64,000 bases of DNA from Mobula hypostoma (taxonomy: Eukaryota): positions 32,242,001 through 32,306,000 of the forward strand of contig NC_086109.1 in the NCBI RefSeq assembly GCF_963921235.1. Reading direction: 5' to 3'. A program made the translations under genes and the position numbers. Position 1 is the first letter of the stretch, and each line of letters opens with the position of its first letter. Shown here one piece after another: positions 26,201-39,135 of the stretch. The notes below the pieces were generated by a model that was not told where the DNA came from, did no database searches, and saw only the letters and a program-made list of their open reading frames with translations.

Positions 26201-29200
26201 CACTGTGAGATGACATACAGTATATATGTAACAAAATCACCTATAATTCATTACCCTTTGTCATAAACGCATTTCAGTCTCAAACTTTGCATTTTCTGTT
26301 TATAATTGAACAATATCAACATCTAATGCCTGAAAGGATCAATTTCTTTCGAATGTGAGGAATACATCCGATCCATTTTAATAGCCTTGAGTAATCATGG
26401 AAAATGAAACAACATGCATGCCTCATCGCAGGGTTAAATTAAGCCAAGCCATCCTCCATCTCAAGTTACTAATTTGATTAATAGTTACAAATAATGGATT
26501 GTAGCTGCAATGTATTACTTTGCATAGAAGCAAATTTCAACCATTTTTATACATACAGTATGTAATCTTTTAAAGTACCAATTTAGACCATTTTTAAAAT
26601 TTTCAAGATAGATGATGTATGAAAAAGTAACTGTAAAGTTATGTAATGTTCCAAAGTAACCTATGTAAACTGATTCTGTAACTATTTATCAGAGATTGTT
26701 ATTGCATCAAAATAGTTCAGTATATTCATTGGTTATATTGAATATACAGTATGATTTAAATAAATTACAACTATAGGGGAATACTACAAATATAAAGCTT
26801 TATGCTTGGATGGCATGGGAAGGATATGAATGTTCTAAAAAGGGTGGAAAAGAGATTTACAAGGCTATTGACTGGGATGGAACCTTTCACTTTTAAGGTG
26901 AAAGTGGGTGGGCTGGCTTTATTTTCCTTGTTACAGAAGAGGTTGAGGTAAGGGTGGACTGGTTAAAGATGATAAGAGGCATAGATGGGGTGGATCATGA
27001 GAAACATTTCCCTTTAAGAGAGATGCTTAAAAGCAAAGGATGTGCATTTAAGTTGATTAAAAGGGTTAGAAGGGATATGAGAAAGAGTATTTCCACTCAG
27101 GAGATATTGTAATCGAGAATACACTAAGGTGGTGATGGAGACAGGAAATCTCGCAAGATTTAAGTAGTATCTAGATGAACACTTGAATCAAGTCCCAATA
27201 GGCTATAGACCAAGTACTGGTCAAGGAAAATAGAGAAGTTGAGGACTTGATGGTTGGCATGGGCATGCTGGACCACAGGGCCTTTATAACTAACTAACTC
27301 TATCGCTTCCCTTCATATACCACATTTACATGATTAAATAACATTACTTACATACAGCAATTAGTAAAATTAAGTGAAAGGCTAACTCATCCTGTTCCAA
27401 CACATTGGTGAAAAATTCTAGAATACCTTTAATGCGGTCGACAAAATGATAGCCATATTTTAGCCCAAAAGAGAATGATTTTACAATGCAATCCAAATTA
27501 TATGATTATATATGAGTACTGTTATAAATAAAGTGTGTAAATAGTTCAGCACAATCTTGACAAGAAATATGAATTCTACAATAATTTTCTATTTTCTATT
27601 TTTTATAGTCCTTTAAAAATCTTGGTATTCCACTTTAAACATATCATTCATTAAACAAAGATAAGATGCCCACCAATCCATGCTGTTATGACACTTACCA
27701 TCCTCCCAAGAGAAGCGGTAGAAGTTTGCCAGATTTGGTGATTCTGGTAAATGCATTCCAGTGTCATAGTCATACCCAATATTTTCAGCTTGGCGCCGAG
27801 CACATCTTAATATGGAACCTCCAATGTCTCTCAATCTCACGGCTGCCCGATAGAATATGGTTTCCTTAGCATTATATTTCATACAATTGTTAATGACCAG
27901 ATTGAAATCTTTTTCAAATTCGTCAAGCGTTTTGTAACAGTGAGTTTCTAGTTTTTTCCTCATGGTGGAAAAGTCCATAGGATGTGCAATAAACTCTAAA
28001 TAATCTGGAACCTTATAAAACAAAAGAATCAATAATAAGTTAATCTCCAATTAACCTAAATGAAAGGAAAGGGGAACATCTTGTTCACCTCCCCTAAAAC
28101 AATAATGTGCATTAAAGAGTCTCATCTTAGCAGACTCTAATGATGAAATTCTTAATCACCTACTTATGAATTTCTATTATCCTTACTGGAAAAGTGACAA
28201 TAAACATGTTCTAACTTGCAGAGTGGAGAGAGGATGATAGCATATCATTTTTAACAGCCAATAGCTAATTCAATTATTTCAGATAACCACCTTTTTTCTA
28301 TCTTCCCAGAGACATGACTGTACTTTTCCAATGCATTCTGTGTTTTTTTTCCATTTCTTCTGCCTTAATTTCCAATTTTTAATTATGATCATTATTTCTA
28401 CAACTTCGGTCCGCACTCTAACACAGATATTCACTCTGTTCTCTCCACCATTTCACATGCTTGCTTTCGCACTTTTCCAGTTCTGATGACGGGCCTTTGA
28501 CCTGAACTGCTGACCCTGATTCTTCCCCCGTGGATGTTGCTTAAATTGGAAAATTGCCTGTGTCACTCTGCTAACAAATTTCTGAGTGCCTCAAGCAATT
28601 TCTATTTTTATTTTGGATTTCCAGAATCTGCAGTTTCTTCGTGCAAATGCCCTAAGCTTGTGCAATTTTCTCCTCGTTATTTAACCCTGGAAATCTAGAC
28701 ATCATTCTGGTAAATCTCCTCACTTTAGCTTTCCTGCAGTGTCATGGGTTTTGGTTAATTGTAGGACACCTTGCATACTTATCCTCTTGAACAGTAGGGT
28801 CCAAAATTCATTGTCCTTTGTTAAATAACTTTTTATACCCTTTTATGACATTTTAATGATCTATGCTCATGGACTCTCTCATTGAACTTCTATTGCTTAA
28901 ACCACTCAGCACATTAAAAAAATAATTCATTCTATTAATTTTTGGTCCAGAATTGGTGAAATTCATCTGCTTATTCAAGTCATAGTTTAATGCCTCTTTC
29001 CATAATAGATACAGTTTCTTTGTCATATAGACAAAGTTGGACATGCGGCTTTTTATTCAATCATCCAACACATTTATTAATATGGTAAGGAGCAACACTT
29101 CCTACACAGCTCTTTACATTCTGACAGGTTACCTATCCATCTTCCTACTCTGCTTACTCCGACTCAGTGAAAATTCCGAGCGAGGTCAGTACTTAGCTTT

Positions 29201-32200
29201 AAATTTAACTTTAGCTCACAAGTTTCACCTAAGAGACTTTTAATTAAATGCTTTCATATTAATCCATATAAACATTATACTTAGACATTCTCCTATCACT
29301 ACATCTTCAAGAGTTTCAATCAAATGTATCATGCCTGATCTAAGTTTACAAATCTCCATTGGCTCTACATAGTCAACTGATTTTTAAATGTTCAGTCACT
29401 CCATTCTTATTTATAAACATTAGCAATTTCTTTATAACAATTTCTTTCCACTATCACATCTTGTTTCATTCATTCACTTTGCTTAGTTAGGAAAGTTGCA
29501 CAGGCACTTTTCCAATTTAAATGAATGGTTCCAAAATAAAATAACTTTGAAAAATTATAGTTGGGGCATCTACAATGTTTTTACTTTCTTCTTCTACATT
29601 CTGGGTTGCAAACCTTGTTTCTAGAGATTTCTCATTCATGAACACTTTTTTTTCCCTCAAATTCATTCTGTTGACATTCATTTTGAGGAGTCGTTCTCCC
29701 AATGTCCAAATTATCTTCTCTCTTTACTGTAAATACTAATTCAAAATACTAATTCAATATTGACCATTTTCTCATTTCATTTACATAATTATTTAGTTTA
29801 CAGGGACTCATGTTGCCCCTAACACATTCTATCTGCTAATGAAATTGTAAAGATTTTTTGGGGACTAATTTGAAATCCCCCCCAGATTTCTTTCATGTGT
29901 AATTCTTCACTATTCCTGCTATTCCTCTCACTTAAAAAGAATTTGCTTTAGATTTTGGCTTTTGTTAATTTTCAAGAGATATTACCAAAATTATACAAAT
30001 AACCCAGTAAGAAAAATTCCTTAATGGTCTTACTGCAATTTTTTTTCAAGAATATTAAGGATAATGCCTAGATTTTACAAAAACAAAAAGGCTATACAAT
30101 TCAGTTGAATATACATTCAACTAATATGATCAATTTGGTGAAGAGTGCTACAGGTGATTATAGGGAAGGAATGTTAAGGTAGTCTATTTAATTTGTCATT
30201 TGATTACAATATAAGCCTTTTTAACATTAGAATTATTAAGCAGAATTTAAATACATGAAAGGTAAATTGTTCAACATTTGGAAGTTATGTATTTCATATT
30301 AAAACAGGTAATAAACTTAAGTAACCTATATCATGGCTTTCATGGCCTTACCTCTTTGAGGCTTACAGGTTGCGCAAATATATTTGCTTGATCTCTTTCC
30401 TGAAGTTGATCCAAAATTTGTCTTAAGAAGACAATAAATGGTGTAAGTTGCAGTTCCAATGCAACTTGCTGAACTTTGACCTGTAGAATGTTAATCCACA
30501 GTACGTCAAAATGAAGTTTAAAAAGTTAAAAAAGTGCATTGATGTTAATATTTTTAAGATGCAAGGACATGGCATGTTCTCAGACGTACAGAGAAAAAAA
30601 AATTCATAAGTTGTATCCTGAACCCATAGGAAAATGAGTGTTGTAGAAGAGTCAAGGTGCTGTAATTATTATGGCTCACAAGAATCCAACTGCAAAATAA
30701 TCTGCACAGTAATGAAGGCCACCTCTTTGGTTATCTTACTGACAACATAATTTCTCTATAGAAAAGTTATTAATAATATGATACACAAACAATTGGATCA
30801 CCAGTATGAAAGAAAAGGTAAGCTTCAGAAGTACGTTAAAAATTGCCAAGCCAGAGGTGGCAAAAGTTGACTGGAAATTAAATTGTGCTGACATGGCAAA
30901 TAATTGCAACCAGGTATCACACGTTTCAAATGGAGGGGAGAAATCTGAATGTGAGAATATAGAAGCAAATTGAAGCATATGAAAAAAACAACTCAAATAT
31001 GAAGGAAAGGGATAAATTGATTTGTAACTTGTGGGCTTTAATATTAAAAAGAGGAAGCTCAAGAGAAAAGAAATAAGCAGATTCTAGGTGACTTTTATGT
31101 TACTGGGTGGCGGAGGGGGTGTGTGGAAAGGGATATATTCCTAGAATATAGTCCATAATCACAATTTTTGAAGCATGAAGATGTGCATTGGCCAAGAAGT
31201 GGAAGTTGTTTCGTGTACTTATTTTCACATTAATGCCCTATACTTTTGGTAGAGATCAGTGTATTTGTTCAGGGGAAATTTCTGGTACTTGAATTGCCAT
31301 AATGCAGGGGACACATGCATTAACCAAATACAGTAAAATTGATAATTTATGTCTTTGGGACTTAAATGGTGTTGGATTAACAAATTTTTCCCAGACTATT
31401 GGATGCTATTTCCTAATAATACTCAAACATAGTTCTTACAAGTTACACAATGATATAATTAATTTTCCAGAGAACCTGTTGTATTTAAAGGGACCAGCCA
31501 ATAAAGCACAAACACTCCAGAACTTAGCTCCAGCCATGAATCTACCCATGTTCTTGCTCTCCAGTATTCTGGACCCCTGACCCATAGGTTGTTCTGTAGA
31601 CTCCCAGCTCAGACCCACTCAATTGATTGAATCAGATGCTAGACTATCAGATTTTACCTCAGCACTACTTTCCTGCACTAACTCCATACTTTACCATATT
31701 AATTTAGTTCCACTCTTTAATTTTTGCCCAACAATCAATTCTCAGCCCACATCAGCAAATTACTCCCAATTCCATCCGTTGTAATAATGTTACCAAATTC
31801 CTGAATATGACCTTATTGAAGAGCTTCAAAACTGCTTGCCATATCTGCGAAGTTACCATTTGAGAATTCATGCACGAGAGCACCCAGCTCCCTCTTAAGA
31901 CTACACCTTTCAAACTCTCATCATTCAAAAAGCATAACCAATGCTTTTTTTTTTAGCCAAAATGAATGAAACCTCACTTTTCCATCTGTCAGGTCCCTCT
32001 TCTAAGGTCCACGCTACCACCAAATATGTGTCATCAGGCAACCTGGATTTATTGCATGATCTCCTCGGCCACAGACTGTGACAGCTCAAGTCTCAGCACC
32101 TATCTGTGTGACACTCCATTAGACACAGCCTGCCAAACTGAAAATCCTGTTTATTCCTGCTGTTTCTACCCATTAGTCACTTGCGCTAATCTCTTGTGTG

Positions 32201-35200
32201 ACACCGTTAAAGGTCATCTGAAAGTTCAAATACACCATATCAACTGGCTTATCCTTACCTGTTGTCAGGCACCTTTTCCCTTATTAACAACTATTAATAA
32301 TCTCTAGATGCCATTGATAATAGATTACACCACTGAACTCAGACTAACTGGTCTATAATTCTCTTTTCTCAATCCCACCTTTCTTGTAGTGGGTTATATG
32401 AGCTATATTCTATTCTGTAGGAACCATTATAGAGTCTGTGAATTTCAGAATATTAATATATCCCATAATTATTGTATTAGCCTTGTTATATACCCGTGTA
32501 AATTCCTGATTATTGTCCTGTATGACCAATCTGTTTGGAGGGGCCTAAAGATAACTTATATTATCTTCTGCCATGTTTCTTCATTCCACTCACAATGATT
32601 CTACTTAAATTTCTGAACTAGAATCATCTCTTTGCTGCCTTTATTCCAATCTTTGATATCAAGATTAACCTACTTCTCTTCTATTTAACCCATCTCTTTT
32701 TAAAATACAAGTTAAACTATCCTGAATTTTTTAATTCTTAACTAGTCATTTTACACTTACATCCCAGTGATTTATATTAGAACATATCTGTATGTATAAA
32801 TCTGTGCCAATAATACACCTACCTTGTTATCAATGCCAATGTATTCAGATAATAAGGCTTCAATTTTATCTATTTATTGATTTCCTTCGTCTGACTCTAT
32901 TCCAACTACACACTAATGTGGTATACTTTGTCCCTTTGATAGATTTTGTTCTAAACATTAACTCTTCACATATGCTACTTGCTGCCAAGTTTTTTCAATA
33001 TTTGCCATTTTTATTTCTGGCTATCATTATTCGAACCCTGTCTATAGCCTGATATTATTCTAATCTTTCTCTTACAAGTAAGGCAGTGGCCTTTTGGGCT
33101 CTCAACAGTCCTCCTGTCAGTCACATCCTCCCAGTTATTATCTTATAACTTATTCACCCCACGTGTCATGGAACAAATCTCCCATGACACTCCTACACAA
33201 ATTGTAATTTACAGCAGCTAAATAACCTACAATGAGACGAGAGGGGACATCTAGGGCACCCAGACAAAATCCGCACAGCCCCAGGAAGAATGTGCAGACT
33301 CCACTCAGGCAACACCCAAGGTGAGGAGCATTCTACTCAAAACACTGATTCCAATCCAGTTCAAATGAGGCCCATCTCCAGGGAACCACTGCTTCTTTTT
33401 CCACTAGGTACCACTGCTCCATGAATTTCAACCCATTTCTCCCACACCAATCTTTGAGCCATGCATTCATTTTTTTGATCTTATTCAGACAATTTCAATT
33501 TGCCACCCTTGTGATTCTGTTGATATACCTTCAGCAAAACCTCCTTTGTCCTGGGAGCTCCATATCTGCCTCACTTCTGGTTATGACCTTCTGTCTTTGT
33601 CAATGGATCAATTTTGCAAGTTAGTCTAAGAAGAACAACTGCCTCCTTGAATAAAGCATCTACACAGCCTTTCCCCTCACTGGTGTGTTGTAATGTCTGA
33701 ATCTCAGACTTCAGCTCAATCAACTCTGTGTTAAGGTTCCTTGAGTTATGGCCATTTTCTAAAGCTATAGTTGCTATGAATCCCGATAATTTCCATTAAC
33801 GTCCAAATCTACAGCTACAACATATCATTTACCCTGCCATGCCTGTCAATGTACAGTATTTATCTGATTAATTTATTATTTGACAAATTTATGTATTTAT
33901 TAATTCATTTAATTCTGTTAATTCAGTTACCCTTAACCTTACCAAAGTTCCTTACTCAACAATGTCCACGCCCCTATTACACTCAGAGAGAGCTAAGGTA
34001 AAGCTGCCTAGTCCTTTTATTGCTGTTTCATAAACAGGATTAAGTGACAGGTCAGAGGGATATTGCAACACTTTATATTATGGCATAGGCTTTTAATAAG
34101 TAACACCATCCTATTTATTAATTTTCAAGTTCCAAATGGAATAAAATTAGAAACACGTACAATTGAAATAACTACAATTCTAACTACTTATATGTCAGAG
34201 GGAAGACCTTTCCTCCACATTAGATTTACTACATATAATGCCCAAATAAGGTACACAGATCTTTCATTATCAGCACTGCAACAATTACCTCTTCTCTCTT
34301 GAGCTTCTCTCTTTTGCGAATCAGCTCAACAAGCAGACGAGCTCTTTCCAAATCATGCCGCAGTTTCTGCCAGTATTTCAATTGTTCTTTCACTGCACTG
34401 TTCTTTTCATCCTGTTCTTTCTGTGAAGTGAGCAAAACCAGACATATGTATTTTATTAACGTCAGCAACTGATTATTAAAATTCTAAAATGCAAGCAGTT
34501 AAAAGACTGGTCAGTACATGAACAATGAAGATAATTGCAAAGATGAAGTGATCAATTGTTAATAGCAAATATATATATATATGTAAACGTAAGGGTCTGC
34601 AAAACAAAAAGCTTCTGGAAGAACTCAGGAGATCAAGCAACATCTAGGAAGACAAAAGGATAATCATATTCCAACTTAGTAGTATATAACTAGATGACAG
34701 GAAAACTGAATTCTCCAATTTCAGGTACTCCACACGACCTCTGTTCCTTTCCCTTTGCTTCTGATCCATCCTGGTCTACTTGCATATCCTCTTCTTTCAA
34801 AACACCCCAGTCCCTTGTTCCCCAGTTTCTTTCCCCTCCTGTCTGCTTCCACATGCACATTAGCCACACGCTCTACCGCTCAGTACCATTCCCCTCCATC
34901 CCCTCCCAACCCCATTTCCCTATTGCCAAGCATCAAATGAGGAACAAATGAGGTACTTACAGAGTGTAAGAAATCAGGAGGGCTGGAAAAAAAGGGATGA
35001 GATTGCCCTAGCAAACAAGGTGAAGAAGAATCCCAAGGGATGCTACAGATACACTAAGAGCAAAAGGATTGCGAAAAAACAAAATTGGTCCTCTGGAAGA
35101 TCACAATGGTAATCCGTGCATAGAGCCAAAAGAGATCAAGGAGATCTTAAATTGATTTTTTGCAACTGTGTTTACTTACATAGTAAATAGTAGAGCACAG

Positions 35201-38200
35201 AGGAGTGCGGTAAAAGAAAGGGAATACAGATCCAAAATTCATTCAAAGTGGCGGCACAGGTAGATAGGGTTGCAAAGAAAGTTTTTTGCACACAAATCTA
35301 AATATTGAATACAAGAGATGGAATGTTACACTGAAATTGTACAAGACATTGGTGAGGACTAATTTGGAGTACTGTTATACAGTTTTGGTCACCCACTTAC
35401 AGGAAAGAGTACAGAGAAAATTTACACGGTTGTTGTTGGGACTGGAGGACCTGAATTATAAGAAAAGATTGAATAGTTTAGGAATTCATTCCTTGGAATG
35501 TAGAAGATCAAGGGGAGATTATGAGGGGTATAAATAGGGTAAACGCAAGCAGGCTTTTTCCACTGAGATTGGGTGAGACTACAACTAGAGGTCATGGGCT
35601 GAGGGTGAAAGGTGAAAAGTTTAAGGAGAACATGAGGGGAAACTTCTTCACTCAGAGGGTTGTGAGGGTGTAGAATGAGCTGCCAGCGCAAGTGGTGCAT
35701 ACAAGCTTCATTTCAATACTTAAGAGAAGTTTGATTAGGTACATAGATAGTAGGGGTATGGAGGGCTATGGTCCCAGTGCAGGTCGATGGGACCAGTTCC
35801 TGTGCTGTATTTTTCTATGACTCATCAACCCCTTAATCTGGCTTCGTCCATCACTTTCCTTTCTTTTCAGAATTGCTAATACGCAACACCTTGCTATCTC
35901 CACATTCCCTCCCAGCCCATCACCATTTCCACCCTTGCCTCCCCATCTGTTCAGCTTCCTAGCCCCCATCTCACTGCTCTGTCTCCCCTCATCTCTTTAT
36001 TATAGGAAAGATGTCAACAAAATAGAGAGAGTACAGAGAAGGTTTACTAGAATGTTAGCAACACACATCAAAGTTGCTGGTGAACGCAGCAGGCCAGGCA
36101 GCATCTGTAGGAAGAGGTACAGTCGACGTTTCAGGCCGAGACCCTTCGTCAGGACTAACTGAAGGAAGAGTGAGTAAGGGATTTGAAAGTTGGAGGGGGA
36201 GGGAGAGATCCAAAATGATAGGAGAAGACAGGAGGGGGAGGGATAGAGCCAAGAGCTGGACAGGTGATTGGCAAAAGGGGATACGAGAGGATCATGGGAC
36301 AGGAGGTCCGGGAAGAAAGACAAGAGGGGGGGAAACCCAGAGGATGGGCAAGAGGTATATTCAGAGGGACAGAGGGAGAAAAAAGAGAGTGAGAGAAAGA
36401 ATGTGTGCATAAAAATAGTAACAGATGGGGTACGAGGGGGAGGTGGGGCCTTAGCGAAAGTTAGAGAAGTCAATGTTCATACCATCAGGTTGGAGACTAC
36501 CCAGACGGAATATAAGGTGTTGTTCCTCCAACCTGAGTGTGGCATCTTTACAGTAGAGGAGGCCGTGGATAGACATGTCAGAATGGGAATGGGATGTGGA
36601 ATTAAAATGTGTGGCCACTGGGAGATCCTGCTTTCTCTGGCGGACAGAGCGTAGATGTTCAGCAAAGCCGTCTCCCAGTCTGCGTTGGGTCTCGCCAATA
36701 TATAAAAGGCCACATCGGGAACACCGGACGCAATATATCACCCCAGTCGACTCACAGGTGAAGTGTTGCCTCACCTGGAAGGACTGTTTGGGGCCCTGAA
36801 TGGTGGTAAGGGAAACATCGACTGCACCTCTTCCTACAGATGCTGCCTGGCCTGCTGCGTTCACCAGCAACTTTGACGTGTGTTGCTTGAATTTCCAGCA
36901 TCTGCAGAATTCCTGTTGTTTACTAGAATGTTACCAGGGTTTCATCACCTAAGTTACAGAGAAAGGTTGAACAAGTTGGGTCTTTATTCTTTGGAACGTA
37001 GAAGGTTGAGGGGGGACTTGATAGAGGTATTTAAAATTATGAGAGGGATAGATAGACTTGACGTGGATAGGCTTTTTCCATTGAGAGTGGGGGAGATTCA
37101 AACAAGAGGACATGAGTTGAGAGTTAAACGGCAAAAGTTTAGGGTAACATGAGGGGGAACTTCTTTACTCAGAGAGTGGTGGCTGTGTGGAACGAGCTTC
37201 CAGCAGAAGTGGTTAAGGCAGGTTTGATATTGTCGTTTAAAGTTAAACTGGACAGCTATATGGACAGGAAAGGAATGGAGGGTTATGGGCTGAGTGCAGG
37301 TCGGTGGGACTACGTGAGAGTAAGAGTTCAGCACGGGCCAGAAGGGCCGAGATGGCCTGTTTCTGTGCTGTAATTGTTATATGGTTTAATCTGCCTATCT
37401 TCCCTTTACACTCTTATCCTGATATAGAATCTCAATCTGAAATGTCAACGATCCCGTTTCCTCCACAGAAGCTGCATGACCAACTGAATTCCTCCAGCAA
37501 CTTGTTTTTTGCTACCAGTACAAATGCATTGAATATTATGCTAAAATGGTGAAATTATCAAAACAAAGAATATTAAATATTAAGTATTTTTTTCCAAAAG
37601 TTAACTAGAGGTACTTACAATGTACAAGTGTAAGATATCATTGGCTTTATAAATAACTTTTAACATTCAAGAAGTAGCTTCCAGGGTTGAAGAATCATTA
37701 TAGTGAACCAATTTAGATGAATTTGTGCAGCCTGGCATCAAGCACATAATTTATGCATGAACTACAAGGCAACTGGTTGTTGGATTAAACCAAAGGTCAC
37801 AGATTTGGCATTTCCATATCCTCATCCAATCATGAAAATTCAGTCCAATAACACAACTTTATATATTCAACAGAAGACCAGCATTATAAGCTATTATTTC
37901 AGGGACTTGTTTTGTCTTAAAAGATTATCTGCAAATTGTATTCTTTGAAGATATTTAAGATTTCTGCACCATCAACATAGCATGCATTAAGAAGTGAACA
38001 AGATTGTAAACTTTACAGCTCTACAGAGAATTTCATAAATATATTTATAAATTTCCTCTCATTGGGGTAGTAAAGCAAATTGTTTAACAGTTACAGTAAA
38101 CAAAGCCCAATTATGTTTCTTAAAGTTCCACTGGGCTGGTGCTTATGGTGGGCAGTCCACTAAATTGATTGTAGACAACAGCTAATTTTTGCCTCCCAGC

Positions 38201-39135
38201 AGTTGTCAAGAGAGTAATTGAGACTTCATCTCACTAAGCAGAGAATGCTACATTGTTTAGTGCTGTGAATCAGTGTAATATCATTACTTATGGTCCAACT
38301 TTGTAACATTGCTACTTTTCTGGATTGAATCTGACACCAATTAACACCAATGTTAACAACTACTTAATTCAGAGATGGAAATGGATTGAAAACAAACCTA
38401 TCAATTTGAAAGTGACTAGCTTAATTTACTACATTCTCTTGGTTTCAAGCCATATTCTGTCAATTTAGGGGAGAATGTGCTAATGACTGAATGCTCAGCA
38501 TTTCAAAAGGAAACTAAAGTCGCAGAAGTATGTAAAAATGGATACATTATCACCTGCATTTCACTAACATATATTTGAGCATGTCCATGACTTCATAAAG
38601 AAAATTATGATACTATTTAAAAATATAAATCACATTATATAACTGTAAGATAGGTAATGCAGTCCTATCACTGACCCTTCTCGTTTGCACAATCCATTAA
38701 TATGTCACTACTTCCCCAGACTTCTTAGAATTTACAACATGCTGATAACCCTATTCAAAATGCTTACTGGTCAGTTACTATATTAATACCATATGATAAT
38801 TTTATAGTAATACATAAATAAATACCTGAGAAGACCCAAGGGATATAGCAAAAAGAGGTGCACAATGTATCATTATATGCAGGAGAATAAAATAAATTTT
38901 TGCTCATTTCTAAGGTAGTATTTTCAACACTTAAGCAAAAGACATCAAAATCAGTGAGTCAGTTAAACATTGCTTTACCTGTTCAGCATTTCTTTGAGTT
39001 TGTAAATGTGAATGCAATCGCCGAAGTAAAGGAACACCATTCCGTGACTGCCTTTTCAGCATCCAGTAATTATGCAACCTTTGCATGAACTGTGTTTTCC
39101 TCTGGATAGATAACCGACTGCATATTTTATTTAGC
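14028..39135 (-). CDS. BRPF3: BRPF3-like bromodomain and PHD finger-containing protein, 3' part (11 coding exons; 5' exon(s) outside window)
   Basis: Hand-spliced exons give one continuous frame with GT-AG junctions, from (R)[24 protein letters not shown] to [42 protein letters not shown] and the C-terminus match BRPF3 as I recall it better than BRPF1 or BRD1. The paralog call is from memory, not a search. Confidence 0.93.
15350..15504 (-). CDS. BRPF3: BRPF3 exon, 155 nt ([52 protein letters not shown])
   Basis: Acceptor ttgtag, donor gtaaga, phase 0 to 2. Confidence 0.96.
15595..15830 (-). mobile_element. Possible ancient Deu-domain SINE remnant
   Basis: gagccttagtccaaggtcacatctaaaatatagcatttctagtaatgcagc and gcacagtcccacaaatgag loosely resemble the AmnSINE/SacSINE-type consensus as I recall it. 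Highly diverged. Confidence 0.3.
16212..16309 (-). CDS. BRPF3: BRPF3 exon, 98 nt (PWWP start: [33 protein letters not shown])
   Basis: Acceptor ttatag, donor gtaagt, phase 1 to 0. BRPF-type PSYP form of the PWWP motif. Confidence 0.96.
16719..19115. mobile_element. Inverted Penelope-like element (two divergent 3' ends), interrupted by a Tigger element
   Basis: Minus arm 16719-17125, plus arm 17126-17238 and 18818-19115 with a GIY-YIG C-terminal remnant. Degenerate TSD catactgcagtga (16706-16718) / catactacaatga (19116-19128). Mutated hammerhead cores at about 16815-16850 and 19020-19055. Confidence 0.8.
17239..18817 (-). mobile_element. Internally deleted Tigger/pogo DNA transposon
   Basis: TA TSD and imperfect TIRs (CAGGTTTCCCCCGCCATCCGAA / rc CGGGTGTCTCCTGCTTTTCGAA). 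ATG at 18597 gives a CENP-B-like HTH start [36 protein letters not shown], joined to a Tigger-like C-terminus [19 protein letters not shown]...YKELYDRK. The DDE core is missing. Confidence 0.88.
19459..19565 (-). CDS. BRPF3: BRPF3 exon, 107 nt ([36 protein letters not shown])
   Basis: Acceptor ttttag, donor gtatat, phase 2 to 1. Contains the [11 protein letters not shown] motif. Confidence 0.9.
19830..20950 (-). mobile_element. CR1 LINE 3' fragment
   Basis: [49 protein letters not shown]. Tail seen as accataagacatagg on the plus strand. Confidence 0.9.
22528..22636 (-). CDS. BRPF3: BRPF3 exon, 109 nt ([36 protein letters not shown])
   Basis: Acceptor ttacag, donor gtactt, phase 1 to 2. NGFGKHT..SDSECS resembles BRPF3. 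Confidence 0.88.
22851..23378 (-). CDS. BRPF3: BRPF3 exon, 528 nt ([19 protein letters not shown]...[19 protein letters not shown]...PAEL)
   Basis: Within ORF 22786..23430. Acceptor ctgcag, donor gtaaac, phase 1-1. Contains the VGRRTSVLF motif. Confidence 0.93.
24794..25060 (-). CDS. BRPF3: BRPF3 exon, 267 nt ([27 protein letters not shown]...ESTER)
   Basis: Acceptor tttcag. Donor gtgtgt is the nearby GT that keeps phase 1-1 with the next exon. Confidence 0.9.
25150..25972 (+). mobile_element. Rex1/Babar LINE 3' fragment
   Basis: Decayed [32 protein letters not shown]. Tail actttaaactttgaa. Confidence 0.85.
26840..27300 (+). mobile_element. Old CR1 3' fragment
   Basis: Degenerate agatttacaagg..., agaagaggttgagg..., ttccactcagg... 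in CR1 order. Confidence 0.6.
27699..28011 (-). CDS. BRPF3: BRPF3 exon, 313 nt (bromodomain core [17 protein letters not shown]...[16 protein letters not shown]...FSWED)
   Basis: Within ORF 27613..28050. Acceptor tataag, donor gtaagt, phase 0 to 1. PDY, PMD and YN bromodomain motifs are intact. Confidence 0.97.
28330..28640 (+). mobile_element. Old Penelope-like 3' end with decayed hammerhead
   Basis: ccagttCTGATGAcgggcctttgacctGAA at about 28477-28506 and tail ggatttccagaatctgcag. Confidence 0.6.
30352..30480 (-). CDS. BRPF3: BRPF3 exon, 129 nt ([43 protein letters not shown]; start of bromodomain)
   Basis: Acceptor ctacag, donor gtaagg, phase 0-0. Confidence 0.95.
31590..33840 (-). mobile_element. 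Old, internally deleted CR1 retaining ORF1 remnants (zinc finger/zipper and SGNH esterase); V-SINE remnant at about 33190-33330
   Basis: Minus strand 33460-33340 reads [19 protein letters not shown]...DGPHLNWIG. The start near 33840 reads MAG*MICCSC. RT and 3' remnants lie at 31590-32390. Confidence 0.65.
34289..34420 (-). CDS. BRPF3: BRPF3 exon, 132 nt ([44 protein letters not shown])
   Basis: Acceptor cacag, donor gtaatt, phase 0-0. Carries the [18 protein letters not shown] motif of BRPF/JADE proteins. Confidence 0.96.
34975..35823 (+). mobile_element. CR1 LINE fragment with internal deletion
   Basis: [31 protein letters not shown]. Tail ttctatgactc. Confidence 0.85.
36058..36917 (-). 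mobile_element. Penelope-like element: GIY-YIG endonuclease 3' end, 3' UTR with hammerhead, inverted pseudo-LTR
   Basis: [32 protein letters not shown]...[18 protein letters not shown]. Inverted arms 36058-36132 and 36812-36886. 16-bp TSD GTTTACTAGAATGTTA at 36042-36057 and 36918-36933. Confidence 0.92.
36121..36156 (-). ncRNA. Minimal type I hammerhead ribozyme motif (Penelope-associated)
   Basis: AGUC-CUGACGA-AGGgucucggCCU-GAAAC-GUC-GACU. Stem I AGUC/GACU, stem II AGG/CCU, loopless palindromic stem III. Predicted cleavage after the C at 36125. Confidence 0.8.
38979..39135 (-). CDS. BRPF3: BRPF3 exon, 157 nt (EPC-II region: [52 protein letters not shown])
   Basis: Acceptor ttttcag (AG at 39137-39136), donor gtaaag, phase 2 to 0. 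Confidence 0.95.

Larger units (their letters stand above)
36000..37387 (+). mobile_element. CR1 3' fragment split by the Penelope-like insert
   Basis: [19 protein letters not shown] (36001-36057) resumes as [36 protein letters not shown] after 36918. Confidence 0.9.

Noticed and set aside
36451..36870. 139-aa open GIY-YIG ORF as a domesticated nuclease gene
   Set aside because: It starts at TTG within the inverted pLTR arm, is a chance fusion at the inversion junction, and the conserved Arg reads Gly (DGFAEH).
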